Shown here piece after piece: positions 52,027-62,499 of a stretch of DNA of 64,000 nt. Numbering within the stretch: position 1 is the first letter of the stretch; each line of letters starts with the position of its first letter. The DNA lies in NCBI GenBank assembly GCA_965209155.1, contig OZ242383.1:2048001-2112000 (forward strand), given 5' to 3'. Both the position numbers and the translations under genes were made by a program. The notes under the pieces were generated by a model. It searched no databases and was not told where the DNA came from. It saw only the letters and a program-made list of their open reading frames with translations. Source of the DNA: a bacterium. GTDB lineage: Bacteria > SAR324 > NAC60-12.

Positions 52027-52104
52027 TCAGTTGTTGAGACCTTTTTTGCCAAACGTGGAAAGTTCAATTTCAGCCATATTCAGCCATGAGGCTTTTTGGG
52101 GAGT
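52027..52104 (-). mobile_element. IS630-family transposase remnant
   Basis: Manual translation TPQKASWLNMAEIELSTFGKKGLNN* matches the IS630 motif P...SWLN.AE carrying the third DDE residue. Confidence 0.7.
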
Positions 52105-52517
52105 CAACAGCATCAAGATTGTCTGCCAGTTTTCAGGCTGCTTAGGGTGTAATTAAAAGTGAGGGGCAGAGAGAAATAGCCGGACAAAGGCTCAAAGAAG
52201 TAGTGCGTAAATCAGCTCAGGAAGTGCTTCAAGGCGGGTTGGCTATCAGACCGAAATGGTCGTTTGCCTTAACAACGAGCGGTGTGTTATTCTCAAAAAA
52301 GCCATAGCAATCAATAGAAATACCTTGAGGGAACGCTAGACCAAGAGTTTGATGAACTCCCAGAAAATTATAGAGTGAGGAAGCTCTACTCTGATCAAAT
52401 GTTTGGCGCTAACCGAAAGCAATTTCTCCTAACCGTCTCCAAGTGGTTCGGCTATTTTGTTTTCGAGTGAGAAATGAGCATAAACAAATTTATTGACCGT
52501 GACGCGGAAAACCCTGT

Positions 52518-52769
52518 CTAGAGAGAAGTGATTTTTAGATTGATGCGGCTGAAGAGCACGTTCATGAATCCATTTATGTCCACTCTGGTAATTGAGAAAT
52601 TACCGTCTGGCTTTTTCAGAAATGCCGAAGGGTAAAAAATGACTGTAGCATCTTTGCGACGCTTTGAGATTGCGGCTAAACGTTCTTTCAGTTTTTCATC
52701 CAGCCACTTAGGATTAGACTTAACCTTCATGGAAAAGTATTCCACCCCGGAGAATGAAAATAATTTCAA
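52518..52769 (-). pseudogene. Fragment of an SDH/Clp-fold (S49-like) serine protease
   Basis: VIFYPSAFLKKP...ITRVDINGFM; ends before the expected LHTPGG motif. Confidence 0.55.
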
Positions 52770-52787
52770 AGGGTTATCCCATTATTT

Positions 52788-53015
52788 TCACGGTAACCCG
52801 GAGCGGATCAACCTGCTCCACCCGAAACGGGTGAAGTCCCCGGCAAAGAATTTACGATTGCCACCCAACTCTTCACTCTGGGCGTCGATGTCATCCATGA
52901 ACTTGTAGATGAGGGCGATGGTGACCTGTTCCACCTGGCTCTTGGGGTCGGGGACTTTGCCCACCAGGACATCACGGGCGTTGTCGATTCGGCGTTTGGT
53001 GTCGGAGTCCAACAT
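52788..53015 (-). pseudogene. N-terminal fragment of an N6-adenine DNA methyltransferase (HsdM-like)
   Basis: MLDSDTKRRIDNARDVLVGKVPDPKSQVEQVTIALIYKFMDD; stops after 75 aa with no catalytic motifs. Confidence 0.75.
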
Positions 53016-53123
53016 AATGCTCTTTTGTTCCTTTTCGAAAAAACAAGAAAGTTACTGTGAGACTTCCATCGTATTGGAAATGGCACGTAATCGCATGAAA
53101 CAATTCAGTGGGTTGGTCCCGCT

Positions 53124-54086
53124 TCAAAGCCCTCTCATGAACTGGAAGACGGCATCGTCCCGGCCTGGCAGCTTCTCATGGCCGAAGTCCGCATAGAGGC
53201 TCATCTCTTTGTCGGCCCGTATCTTATTGTAAGCCGCAAATTGGGTGGAAGGCGGGCAAATGGTATCCATCAACCCCACTGCCATGAAGACCTTGGCTTC
53301 GATTCGGTGAACCAGGTGTTGCACGTCGATGTAACCCAATTTGGAAAATACTTGTTCCTCTCGCCGGTGCAGGGGATCGAACAACCTGAAATACTGCCGA
53401 AGCTCGACGTATGCGTCTTTGGCAAGATCCATTTCCCAGACGCGTTGGTAGTCACAGAGAAATGGAAAATCGGGGGTAGCCAGCTTGATTCGTGGTTCCA
53501 GGGCCGCGCAAACGAGCGTCAGCGCCCCGCCCTGACTGCCTCCCATGGCACCAACCCGGGATGCGTCCACCATGGGAAATTCCATCACGAGGGCGGCGAG
53601 TTGAGCCGCATCCAGAAAAATCTGCCGGAACAACATTTTCTCGGGTGGACCATCCAGTCCCCGGATGATGTGTCCTTGCAGGGTGTTGCCTGTCACGCCG
53701 CCCTTGTCTTCCGACAAACCACCCTGTCCCCGACAATCCAGCGCCACCACGGTATAGCCCATGGCCACATATTTCAGTTTCTCGCTCCAGGATCCACTGT
53801 TTTGCGAGTAACCATGAAACATGAGGATTGCCGGATGGGGGGCTGCTTCTTCCGCAGGTCTCAAAAGTTTGGCATGTAAACGGGCACCTCCCACTCCCGT
53901 ATAGTACATGTCTTCGCATATACAGAAAGAGCACTCGAATGGAGCAGGCTTGAATTCCAGCTCCGGGTCCACGGTTCGCATTTCCTTCAATGCGGCCTGC
54001 CAAAAATCATCAAAATCATCGGGGCATGGATTGATCCCCTGGTACGTTTTCAGGGATTCCAGCGGCAAATCGAAAGTCAATGGCAT
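53124..54086 (-). CDS. Acetylxylan esterase / cephalosporin-C deacetylase (CE7)
   Basis: FHGY, RGQGG, GGSQGG, D.ICPPSTQFAAYN, GHE. Confidence 0.92.
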   Translation of the reverse strand: MPLTFDLPLESLKTYQGINPCPDDFDDFWQAALKEMRTVDPELEFKPAPFECSFCICEDMYYTGVGGARLHAKLLRPAEEAAPHPAILMFHGYSQNSGSWSEKLKYVAMGYTVVALDCRGQGGLSEDKGGVTGNTLQGHIIRGLDGPPEKMLFRQIFLDAAQLAALVMEFPMVDASRVGAMGGSQGGALTLVCAALEPRIKLATPDFPFLCDYQRVWEMDLAKDAYVELRQYFRLFDPLHRREEQVFSKLGYIDVQHLVHRIEAKVFMAVGLMDTICPPSTQFAAYNKIRADKEMSLYADFGHEKLPGRDDAVFQFMRGL

Positions 54087-54211
54087 AAAGCAATACTCAT
54101 CCAATCCTGGTTCTCAGGTCAGCGCTTATCTCATATTCAAGAAAAGACGTACTCTTGTCTGAAAGCGCAGTATACCATTGTCACGATGAGGCGGCAATCC
54201 ACTTTGTGGAT

Positions 54212-56599
54212 TCAATTCCCTTCTCTCAAGAGATCGAGGGGCAGCAAGGGGGACGGGTCACGGCAAGTCATGATCCAAAGCTGGTGCGCCGCACGGGTCA
54301 CTCCCACATAAAGGAGATGCCTTGCTTTCACATCATCGGGAAAGGTTTGCTCATCGACGTCGATGAGGACGACATAGTCGAATTCGAGGCCCTTCACCTG
54401 AAAAATATCGCTGATTTCAATTCCAGGCGCAAAGGAAAAATCCTGGTCTCTCACCCGGCGAAGTTGAGGGACGTCCGCTTTCTGGAGGCCATTGTAGATC
54501 AAATCGGCCTGCGCACCATAACGGGTGAGGATAGCCACGTTGGCTGTCGGTTCCCGGAGCACCGTTTCAATGAGCGCACTTCCCAAAAAAGTAACGAGGT
54601 GACCGTGGTTCTGAAAACGGAACAACTCAACCGGTCCTCCATGACGTACGGCGCTCCATTCTTGATTGACGCTCATGGGACCTATGATGGCTTTGGCCAC
54701 TTCTATGATTTCGTGGGTTGAACGATAGCCGATTTTGAGGGAGGCGGTGGCGGTTTCCGCCAAGCCGAGGTGCTTGAGCGCTTCAGACCAGTTGTTCAAT
54801 TGGGAACCCACCATGATTTGTTGGTCAAAATCCCCAGCCAGCGTGACACTTTCTTTTTTTTCAGGGGTGGTGTTCATTAAAAGCTTCAACTCGACGGAGC
54901 TGAAGTCTTGAGCTTCGTCCACAAGAATGTGGGGATAGCGGATTTGCTTGTTTTTCTTGCCACGAAAAGGCCCGAGGGTCATTTGATATAAAAGTAGAAG
55001 CAAGGTGTCGTCTTCCTCATCCAACATCTGGGGAGCAGGATCGATATTTTCCAGAATGGTTCCTGCTTCCTTATCGCTGAGACGTCGCAATCGTTCCAAT
55101 TCCCTTTCACTTCCATGTCGCTGCTCGTATTGGCGAATCGCCCATTCTCGCACCTCGTCCAATTGTCGATGGGTGAAAGTACCAGGCGCCAGTTCGTCGA
55201 AGAGAGCGGCGAGCGGTTCTCTTCGCAGAAAAGCTTCTTCCCAAACAGACACTGCCAGACTGGTCGGGTTCTTTTGCAGCTCGGGAAACAATTCTTCGAC
55301 GAGATGCTGGATACGGGTTTTGACAATGAAATGATCACAGGCTGGAATGCGAGATATCTCCTCCTCACCCCGACTCCAGTCATCCAACAGGATGATACGA
55401 CGAGCCAAAGGCCAATCCGACAAGGCATGCCACGCCTGCAAGGCAATTTGTTTTTCAGGAATATCGGGTAAGACTCGACCGAGTTGACTCAAAAAATCGC
55501 TCTCTTTTTCCCGAACTCTGATTTTCAACCATTGTAACATGACAGGATGACGTTTGATTTCGATCACGGAAACGGGGGTTTGCTCCGTGTACCGATTGGG
55601 AAGCTGTGGGAAATAACGGCGGCGGAAGCTGGCGGTCCAATTCGGATACACCCAGGATGGGGCATCTTCGACTCCCAAAGCGGGCAGTACTTTGGAAATA
55701 TAGTTGGCCATCGCTTTATTGAAAACGATCGTCATCATCCGTGAGGGAACGAAATGATTGGGTTTCAAGGCGACCAAATATGCCAGGCGGTGCAAGGCCA
55801 CGGTGGTTTTCCCGGAACCTGCTCCCCCTTCAATCACCACGACGCCCGATTCCGGTCTCGTGATCACGTCAAACTGCTCCGGGTCGATCAAGGCAGTGAT
55901 TTCCTGCAGGTGCTTGTCTCGCCGCCGATTACGACTGCCCGGTCCTTTGTCGATGCCTCCAAGAGAGACGGTTGCAGGGCGAGTGGCAGTCCCACTGCCA
56001 CCTTGCAGGAGGGAGACCGTCCGCTCCACGTCTTGCCATCCCTCGTCGGTCCGGATCAAATTGAAGCTTCCGGTATCGATACGCAGCAGTCTGCCCTCGT
56101 CGATGGTAACCGTACGCCGGACAAGCAGGACCCCTTCCATATTACGGTTTCCGAAGTCCTCATCAAAGTCTTCGCCTTCCCGGTAGCGATAATAAATCTG
56201 GCTGATGGGAGCGTGTTTCCAGTCGATGATCGGATAAATCAAATCCTCGCTGTTGTGGTGGTGATTGCCGATGAGGATATCCCGTTCGCGATCCCCCTCC
56301 TGCAGTCGAATATGAGCAAAATAAGGATTGAGGCGGTTTATCGGCAAATCCATGGCAATTTTTTCCTGTTGCTGCGCCAGGAGTACGAGCCTTTCCATAT
56401 CCGCAAGAATGGCAGGGAGATCTTCCGTGCGCGCATCGGCGATGGAGTCACGCAACTCGATGATGTCGTTGTGGTAGCTCTTTTGTTCCTCTGGCAGGGA
56501 CTGCAACGTCAGTGCGCCCTGAACTTTTACCAGCAACAAAGTCTCTTCTTCGACAATGCGTATTTGATCTGTGGTCAATCCAATTGTTTCTTGATTCAT
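54212..56599 (-). CDS. HelD-like SF1 helicase/ATPase
   Basis: PYFAHI, IIDWKHAPIS.IYY, GGAGSGKTTVALHRLAYL, VDEAQD, GDFDQ, YRST, KGLEFD, YVGVTRA. Confidence 0.85.
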   Translation of the reverse strand: MNQETIGLTTDQIRIVEEETLLLVKVQGALTLQSLPEEQKSYHNDIIELRDSIADARTEDLPAILADMERLVLLAQQQEKIAMDLPINRLNPYFAHIRLQEGDRERDILIGNHHHNSEDLIYPIIDWKHAPISQIYYRYREGEDFDEDFGNRNMEGVLLVRRTVTIDEGRLLRIDTGSFNLIRTDEGWQDVERTVSLLQGGSGTATRPATVSLGGIDKGPGSRNRRRDKHLQEITALIDPEQFDVITRPESGVVVIEGGAGSGKTTVALHRLAYLVALKPNHFVPSRMMTIVFNKAMANYISKVLPALGVEDAPSWVYPNWTASFRRRYFPQLPNRYTEQTPVSVIEIKRHPVMLQWLKIRVREKESDFLSQLGRVLPDIPEKQIALQAWHALSDWPLARRIILLDDWSRGEEEISRIPACDHFIVKTRIQHLVEELFPELQKNPTSLAVSVWEEAFLRREPLAALFDELAPGTFTHRQLDEVREWAIRQYEQRHGSERELERLRRLSDKEAGTILENIDPAPQMLDEEDDTLLLLLYQMTLGPFRGKKNKQIRYPHILVDEAQDFSSVELKLLMNTTPEKKESVTLAGDFDQQIMVGSQLNNWSEALKHLGLAETATASLKIGYRSTHEIIEVAKAIIGPMSVNQEWSAVRHGGPVELFRFQNHGHLVTFLGSALIETVLREPTANVAILTRYGAQADLIYNGLQKADVPQLRRVRDQDFSFAPGIEISDIFQVKGLEFDYVVLIDVDEQTFPDDVKARHLLYVGVTRAAHQLWIMTCRDPSPLLPLDLLREGN

Positions 56600-56736
56600 A
56601 TCACCGTTGTTCAAACAGAAAAAAGATCTCAAATTATTGAAATATGAGCCCCCCTCTAAAATGACAAAGTAGTCATTATAACGCGTTATTCAAGGAGATT
56701 CAATTTTTTGCCGGATTTTGTTTGCCGGAAATCGAG

Positions 56737-56923
56737 TAACATAAGTTCGACATAAAACTTCAATAATAGGAGTATCCTGGTGTATAGGTCATCCTCGCTA
56801 AACTTGTCCCTGCTAAACTTGTCCCTGCTAAACTTGTCCCTGCGAAAGCAGGGAGCAGGGAGCGGGGATCCGGATTTCCGGCTGGCTGCGATTCTCTGGA
56901 TTTCTGGTCAAGCCAGGAATGAC
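56737..56923. mobile_element. Left part of the MITE-like element, with an expanded nested REP hairpin
   Basis: TAACATAAGTTCGACATAAAACTTCAATAATAGGAGTATCCTGGTGT matches 8730 onward; contains (GCTAAACTTGTCCCT)x3 at 56797-56841. Confidence 0.75.
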
Positions 56924-57114
56924 AATGGAGAATAAACTCCACTACCCCTCAATTATAGATGGAGGATTCAATGAGACATACCGCCATGCAGGGAGATAGG
57001 TCTCTTTGAAGAGGATAATGACAATGGAGAATAAACTCCACTACCCCTCAATTTTAGATGGAGGATTCAATGAGACATACCGCCATGCAGGGAGATAGGT
57101 CTCTTTGAAGAGGA
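56918..57114. repeat. Tandem duplication with 99-bp period (2 copies)
   Basis: 56918-57015 versus 57017-57114; one internal mismatch seen (AATTATAG / AATTTTAG). Confidence 0.92.
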
Positions 57115-57126
57115 AAATAAGGGATT

Positions 57127-58122
57127 TTAAAACGAAAAATGATCAGGGCTGAATGCCTCGAACGTGGCATCCGTGTCTTCAGGTGAATAACATGAGACGA
57201 TGTGAGTATGGATACCCAGTTCCGCATAAGTCCGGATGCGCTCGTAGCACTCCTCTGCGGAACCGATTATGGCGATTTGATCCACGATTTCATCATCGAG
57301 CGCCCTGGTGGTTTTGGCCCGGTCTTTCTCAGCCCAACCTTCCCGGATGGTCGCCGCCGCTTGGGGAAAACCTGCCCAATCCAGGAATTTGTTATAGACG
57401 GGAGTGGCATAATAAGGAGCGAAACTGACACGGAAGAGATCCCGGACTCGAGCTTTGTCGTTGGTGACAACGATTTGGTGACGACAAACCACTTCGCAGT
57501 TCTCTTTGGTTTTGCCAGCTCTTTGCGCTCCCGTATTGATATGCGTCATCATCTGAGGAAGGGCTATCAAGGGAAACAGGTTGAGGATCACTCCATCCCC
57601 ATATTCAGCCGCCATCTCCAGCATTTTGGGTCGCAATCCTGCGAGATAAATCGCTTGCCTTCGCGGAGCAAGCGCTAACTGACGATAGCCTTTGCTACGT
57701 ACCGTTTCTCCTTGAAAATCCGTTTTTTCCCCGTTGAGTATTTTACGGACCAGGATGGCGGTTTCTTTCACGCGGGTCAACGGTTTTTCAAATTCAACCC
57801 CGTTCCACCCTTCCATCATGGTATGACTGGAAGCTCCTAATCCCAGGATAAAGCGACCATTGGAAATCTGGTGCAAGACCTGGGTCGTGGAGGCCAGCAC
57901 GGCAGGCGTTCGAGTGTAAACCGGAATGATGGCCGTTCCGATTCGAACCCGTTCAGTCCTTTCGGCCACTGCAACGGAAGTGGTCAATGAATCGATTCCC
58001 GAACTGTCAGCGAACCAAAGATCGTCATACCCTCGTTCTTCTGCCCAGACTGCCCGGGACAAAGTCGCCTCGACTCCTTGAGGAACGGGAAGGGTCACAG
58101 CCATTCTCAATGGGATGGACAT
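57127..58122 (-). CDS. LLM-class flavin-dependent oxidoreductase
   Basis: AEERGYDDLW, RIGTAIIP..TRTP, GRFILGLG, YLAGLRPKML..A...DG. Confidence 0.9.
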   Translation of the reverse strand: MSIPLRMAVTLPVPQGVEATLSRAVWAEERGYDDLWFADSSGIDSLTTSVAVAERTERVRIGTAIIPVYTRTPAVLASTTQVLHQISNGRFILGLGASSHTMMEGWNGVEFEKPLTRVKETAILVRKILNGEKTDFQGETVRSKGYRQLALAPRRQAIYLAGLRPKMLEMAAEYGDGVILNLFPLIALPQMMTHINTGAQRAGKTKENCEVVCRHQIVVTNDKARVRDLFRVSFAPYYATPVYNKFLDWAGFPQAAATIREGWAEKDRAKTTRALDDEIVDQIAIIGSAEECYERIRTYAELGIHTHIVSCYSPEDTDATFEAFSPDHFSF

Positions 58123-58284
58123 TGCTTTTCCTCCTCTCTGGATGAATTTCAAATAGAATCAGATTTTGATCCCCGTTCAAAAAGCCTCACCTGATTCCAT
58201 ATCTTACGAGTAAAATGGGGATTGGCAACACTTTAACAAAAACCCGGCAAAAGAGAAAGAGCGAGTGACCAGGCTCGTTCCTGT

Positions 58285-59580
58285 TCAATCTACCAGTATT
58301 CCTCTCATTGTCTCCTGGTGGGTTTCCGTGAAAAAAACCGGGAGAATGTTGTTTTGCAATGCCGGGGGAAAGGGGGGAGAGAGGGCCACCCTGATATAAT
58401 TGTCGGTATAACCTGAAATTTCTCCCAAATCGTCGGGAGTTTCAAAAAGGACCGGTCGGGTGGTGCCCACGAACGTTTCATAAAAAGCCTTCCTTTTCTG
58501 CAGACTCAGTGCTCGCAACATCGCCGCTCTCCTTTTTTTAACTTCCGGTTGGACTCTATCTATGAATCGAACGGCTGCGGTGCCTTTTCTTTCGGAAAAG
58601 GGAAAAACATGAAAATACGCCAGTGGGAGGGATTCCAGTATTTGAAGCGTCTGTTCAAAATCATCATCGCTTTCTCCGGGAAATCCCACCATGACGTCGG
58701 TTCCAATACAAAGCCCCGGTACGCGCTCGAACGCGTCGAGTACGTCCCGTCGATAAGATTCCCGGCAATAACGGCGTTTCATCCGGGAAAGAATGGTATT
58801 GGATCCCGACTGCAGTGGCAGGTGAAGAAAAGGGACCAGTTTGTGACAGGGATCTGCCATGCGCTCCAGGAGGGACACCGGAATCGTGGTGGGTTCAATG
58901 GAACTGATACGGATTCGCGCCAGTTTCGATTGTTCTTGTAAGGCATCGATCACATCCACTAAACTGTAGGGGGAATCCGCATAAGTTCCTATGTTGACTC
59001 CGGTGATGACAATTTCCTTTGTCCCTGCCTCGATGAATGACCGCGCATCTTCGAGCAAGTTTTCAAATTGGCGACTGCGACCGCGCCCCCTTGAGAAAGG
59101 GATGATGCAAAACGAGCACATGAAATCGCAACCATCTTGTATTTTGAGGCAAGAACGGGTGCTGAGACCAGGATGTGGAATGACTGGTTCCTTGAAGGGG
59201 TTGCGCCGAATTTTGGGGTTGATCACGAGTGGAGTTCGTGATTGCCTGGCCTTCTCGATGTATCGCGGAAGATTCAGTTTTTCCGCATTTCCGATGACCA
59301 GTCGAACACCTTCCATCTGGCATAACACTTCTGCTGCCACTTGGGAGTAGCAGCCCACCACGGCAATGCAAACATGCGGATTTTTGCGATAGGCGACCCG
59401 GATGGCCTGGCGATTTTTTGCATCACTGGTTTCGGTAACCGTACAGGTATTGATCACGCAAACGTCTGCCGCTTCCGTGAACGGGACAACCTGGTAATGA
59501 TGTTGCCGGAAACTCTTCACCAACGTGGAGCTTTCCGCCTGGTTCAAACGACATCCCAAAGTATGAAAAGAGACTTTCAA
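58285..59580 (-). CDS. mtaB: tRNA t6A37 methylthiotransferase
   Basis: TLGCRLNQAES, NTCTVT, GCDFMCSFC, RISSIEP, GYTDNY. Confidence 0.92.
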   Translation of the reverse strand: MKVSFHTLGCRLNQAESSTLVKSFRQHHYQVVPFTEAADVCVINTCTVTETSDAKNRQAIRVAYRKNPHVCIAVVGCYSQVAAEVLCQMEGVRLVIGNAEKLNLPRYIEKARQSRTPLVINPKIRRNPFKEPVIPHPGLSTRSCLKIQDGCDFMCSFCIIPFSRGRGRSRQFENLLEDARSFIEAGTKEIVITGVNIGTYADSPYSLVDVIDALQEQSKLARIRISSIEPTTIPVSLLERMADPCHKLVPFLHLPLQSGSNTILSRMKRRYCRESYRRDVLDAFERVPGLCIGTDVMVGFPGESDDDFEQTLQILESLPLAYFHVFPFSERKGTAAVRFIDRVQPEVKKRRAAMLRALSLQKRKAFYETFVGTTRPVLFETPDDLGEISGYTDNYIRVALSPPFPPALQNNILPVFFTETHQETMRGILVD

Positions 59581-59588
59581 GACAACTC

Positions 59589-60767
59589 CTAATTAATTTC
59601 CGTTCCAGGTTTGATGAACAAAAGACGGTTTCCTGTTGATTCATGAGAATTCATTTCAATATTTTGCGATTTCAATTCCCATTGAATTTTGCGTCGTAAA
59701 CGAATTTTACCTTCTGAAGAAATCAATTCGATTTCCAGGTGACCGGGAGCATTTTTCAACTGACTGAGATCTTTGAATGCATAAACGCTTTCCAGGTAAT
59801 CTATGATTTTATCAACTTCATCCCGATTGTAGTTACGAAACACGATCAAATAGACAAGTCCTTGATCCCCGGTTGTCTGAAAATAATCCTTAATTTTGCG
59901 GAGAGCCGTATTGGCTGCTCGTCGCGCCGCGGTTGCTCCGATTTTTTCAAAAACTTCTTGCTTTGAGGACAGGGGAAGACCCGTTTTGAGCTTTTTTCCA
60001 CTTTCCAGGACCTCTGCTATTTGACGACCCGTGGTGACGTCATAAATACTCAAGTGAACGTCAGTTCGCATCGTCTCGAATGATCCTCGCTCCAGACCTG
60101 CTTTGCTGGTCACCATCTCGACAGCAACCAGGATATCGGATTGTCGATCCATAGCCAGGAATATCAGATTTTCAATGGGGCGATTGATCACCGCATGTCC
60201 ATCCAGGGCTTGATAGATGAGATCCATTTCATTTTCATTGAAGAGTTTGAACCCTTCCTGCCGGAAAAGGTCATATATAATGCCCAAATTTGAGGGGACC
60301 GGCGTGGAATGACGATCCAATGCGCGGGGGTCCTGTTTATGGTAAATCAGCATCAGCCGTTTACTGACAATTTTTGGATGCAACAGGCGGAGTTCCGTCA
60401 ATTTGTCATGAATCGCTTTTTCAGCAATCCATGCCCTGATTTCGACCTGAAAAACGGTATTGTTCGCAATTCGGCCTTTTTTCAGTATTTGATAGTGCGT
60501 GACGAAGTTGCGGCTGGAACTGAAAATTTCATCATCGAGGATTTCAAAGTTCCGCGCCATGATTTTTGAATCAACCAGGTCAGCGACACTTTGCTCAACT
60601 GCCTGCCGCAATGCATTTTGTAATGCTTGATCACTGGCGTTGCCGAAATTTTCGTTGAAAATCTCAGCAGTGCCCTCGCTGGTCACTTCATTGGCAGGGA
60701 GTGGAATGGCCCAGATTGCAATACAGACAATACAAAGCAAAATTCGTCGGCACACAACTCCTTTCAA
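59589..60767 (-). CDS. Exported protein with an FlgT-N-like domain
   Basis: Signal peptide; A.DQALQNALRQAVEQ helix. Confidence 0.65.
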   Translation of the reverse strand: MKGVVCRRILLCIVCIAIWAIPLPANEVTSEGTAEIFNENFGNASDQALQNALRQAVEQSVADLVDSKIMARNFEILDDEIFSSSRNFVTHYQILKKGRIANNTVFQVEIRAWIAEKAIHDKLTELRLLHPKIVSKRLMLIYHKQDPRALDRHSTPVPSNLGIIYDLFRQEGFKLFNENEMDLIYQALDGHAVINRPIENLIFLAMDRQSDILVAVEMVTSKAGLERGSFETMRTDVHLSIYDVTTGRQIAEVLESGKKLKTGLPLSSKQEVFEKIGATAARRAANTALRKIKDYFQTTGDQGLVYLIVFRNYNRDEVDKIIDYLESVYAFKDLSQLKNAPGHLEIELISSEGKIRLRRKIQWELKSQNIEMNSHESTGNRLLFIKPGTEIN

Positions 60768-62239
60768 AAGGATATGCTGGTCACGGAAAGCTGGGTGAGT
60801 TGCACAAAGTCATTTGGAAATATTCCCAGATAGATGATGCCAACCGCGGTTCCCACCAATCCGGTGAGCGCCAGCAAGGAGGAAACGGACGTTGTCGGTT
60901 GACTGCTTTCCGCCGCGTCTGTTTTTGGTTGCATGTACATATAGACGATAACACGCAAGTAATAAAACAGGGAGATCACACTGTTGAGGACTGCAATGAT
61001 AGTCAACCAAATCCACCCTGCATCCAGGGCGGAATAGAAGATTTGAAATTTCCCCATGAACCCTGCCGTCAGCGGAAGCCCCAACAGGGAAAGCATGAAA
61101 ATGCTCATCAAGACCGCCAGAACCCGTTCCAAAGGACCTGCATGAGCATAGCCTGCCAAATCATCATACGTATCGAGCGTTTTGCCTTGCGAACGCACTG
61201 CCAAAACGCCAAAGGCGCCAATTCCCATCAATGCATAGGCTAACGAATAAAAAATAATACTGCTGATTGCCGCTTGAGAACCGACGACTACCGCGACCAT
61301 TACATAACCTGCATGAGCAATGGAAGAGTATGCCAACATCCGTTTGATGCTATTTTGCCGCAAAGCCATTAAATTGCCAACGCTCATGGTCAAAATGGCA
61401 ATCCACCACATCAGGTTGTCCCATCTTTCGGCATGAGGAATTCCGGTGAGAAAAATACGAATCAAGAGAGCGAATCCTGCTGCTTTCACAGCGGCAGACA
61501 TGAATGCCGTAACCGGTGTAGGGGCCCCGGAATAGACATCGGGGGTCCACATGTGAAAAGGCACCAGTGCCACTTTAAAGCCCACTCCAATGATCAGTAA
61601 AGCGATTCCAAACCCGGCCAGGGGGTTGTCCAAGGCTCCAGGCTGCTGGAGCTGGAAAATGATTTCCGGCAGGTGCGTGCTGCCTGTGGCGCCATAAATC
61701 AGGGAAATCCCATAAAGTAAAAAACCGGTGGAAAAAGCACCAAGTAAAAGATATTTCAAAGCAGCTTCATTGGAAGTGGCCATGCGACGCATCATACCCA
61801 CCAGAATGTAACTGGAAATCGACATGATTTCCAAACCAATGAAAATCACCAGCAATTCGGTGCTGGAGGTCATCAGCATCATACCCACCACTGCAAAAAG
61901 CAGCAGCACGTAATATTCACGGAAATTCATATTGTTTTCCGCAATATAATGCCAGGAAATCATCACGATCAATATACCCGTGATCATGTAAATGGTTTCA
62001 AAGAGAATGGAATATTCATCCGCAAGCACCGTGTCAAAAAAACCAACATAATTTTTGCCAAATAAAAATATCCCCACCACAATGGCGACGCAAAATCCTC
62101 CAATGGTCAGTAATGGAGCAGTCATGTTGTATTTCCTGTCGGTACCAACCAAATCGACCATCAGCACCAGGAGAGCCGTCAAGATCAAGATCAGCTCAGG
62201 AAAAATGGGAGTAAAATCACTCAAACTGATGAATGTCAT
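60764..62239 (-). CDS. nuoN: NADH-quinone oxidoreductase subunit N
   Basis: EAALKY, FKVALVPFHMWTPDVYSGAP, KRMLAYSSIAHAGY, GLPLTAGFMGKF. Confidence 0.93.
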   Translation of the reverse strand: MTFISLSDFTPIFPELILILTALLVLMVDLVGTDRKYNMTAPLLTIGGFCVAIVVGIFLFGKNYVGFFDTVLADEYSILFETIYMITGILIVMISWHYIAENNMNFREYYVLLLFAVVGMMLMTSSTELLVIFIGLEIMSISSYILVGMMRRMATSNEAALKYLLLGAFSTGFLLYGISLIYGATGSTHLPEIIFQLQQPGALDNPLAGFGIALLIIGVGFKVALVPFHMWTPDVYSGAPTPVTAFMSAAVKAAGFALLIRIFLTGIPHAERWDNLMWWIAILTMSVGNLMALRQNSIKRMLAYSSIAHAGYVMVAVVVGSQAAISSIIFYSLAYALMGIGAFGVLAVRSQGKTLDTYDDLAGYAHAGPLERVLAVLMSIFMLSLLGLPLTAGFMGKFQIFYSALDAGWIWLTIIAVLNSVISLFYYLRVIVYMYMQPKTDAAESSQPTTSVSSLLALTGLVGTAVGIIYLGIFPNDFVQLTQLSVTSISF

Positions 62240-62499
62240 GAAAGGCTCCTTAATATGCTCGAGTCAGAAAGATAATCGGAAAATACCCGGGAGTGTAAAA
62301 TCTCCAGGAAATGATACGCCTGATTCTACCTTGTTCCGTTTCTCAAACCAAATCATTAATCAGGACTGCGGAAAAAGACAAGTCCAAATAAAGCTCATTC
62401 AAAAAATGATGCTCGTGGGACGGATACATTGCTGAAAATTTTGTCAGCGAATCAGAAATCGGTCTTCCGGTTAAAAACTTCGTAACAGCGGCAATCTCT

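Noticed and set aside
54155..56647. Long plus-strand ORFs (188 aa, 297 aa) and similar shadow ORFs such as 10895-11701 and 37836-38435
   Set aside because: They are antisense or alternate-frame shadows of well-supported genes and show no motifs.
56797..57114. CRISPR array
   Set aside because: The repeats are directly tandem (15 bp x3; 99 bp x2) with no unique spacers and no cas genes.
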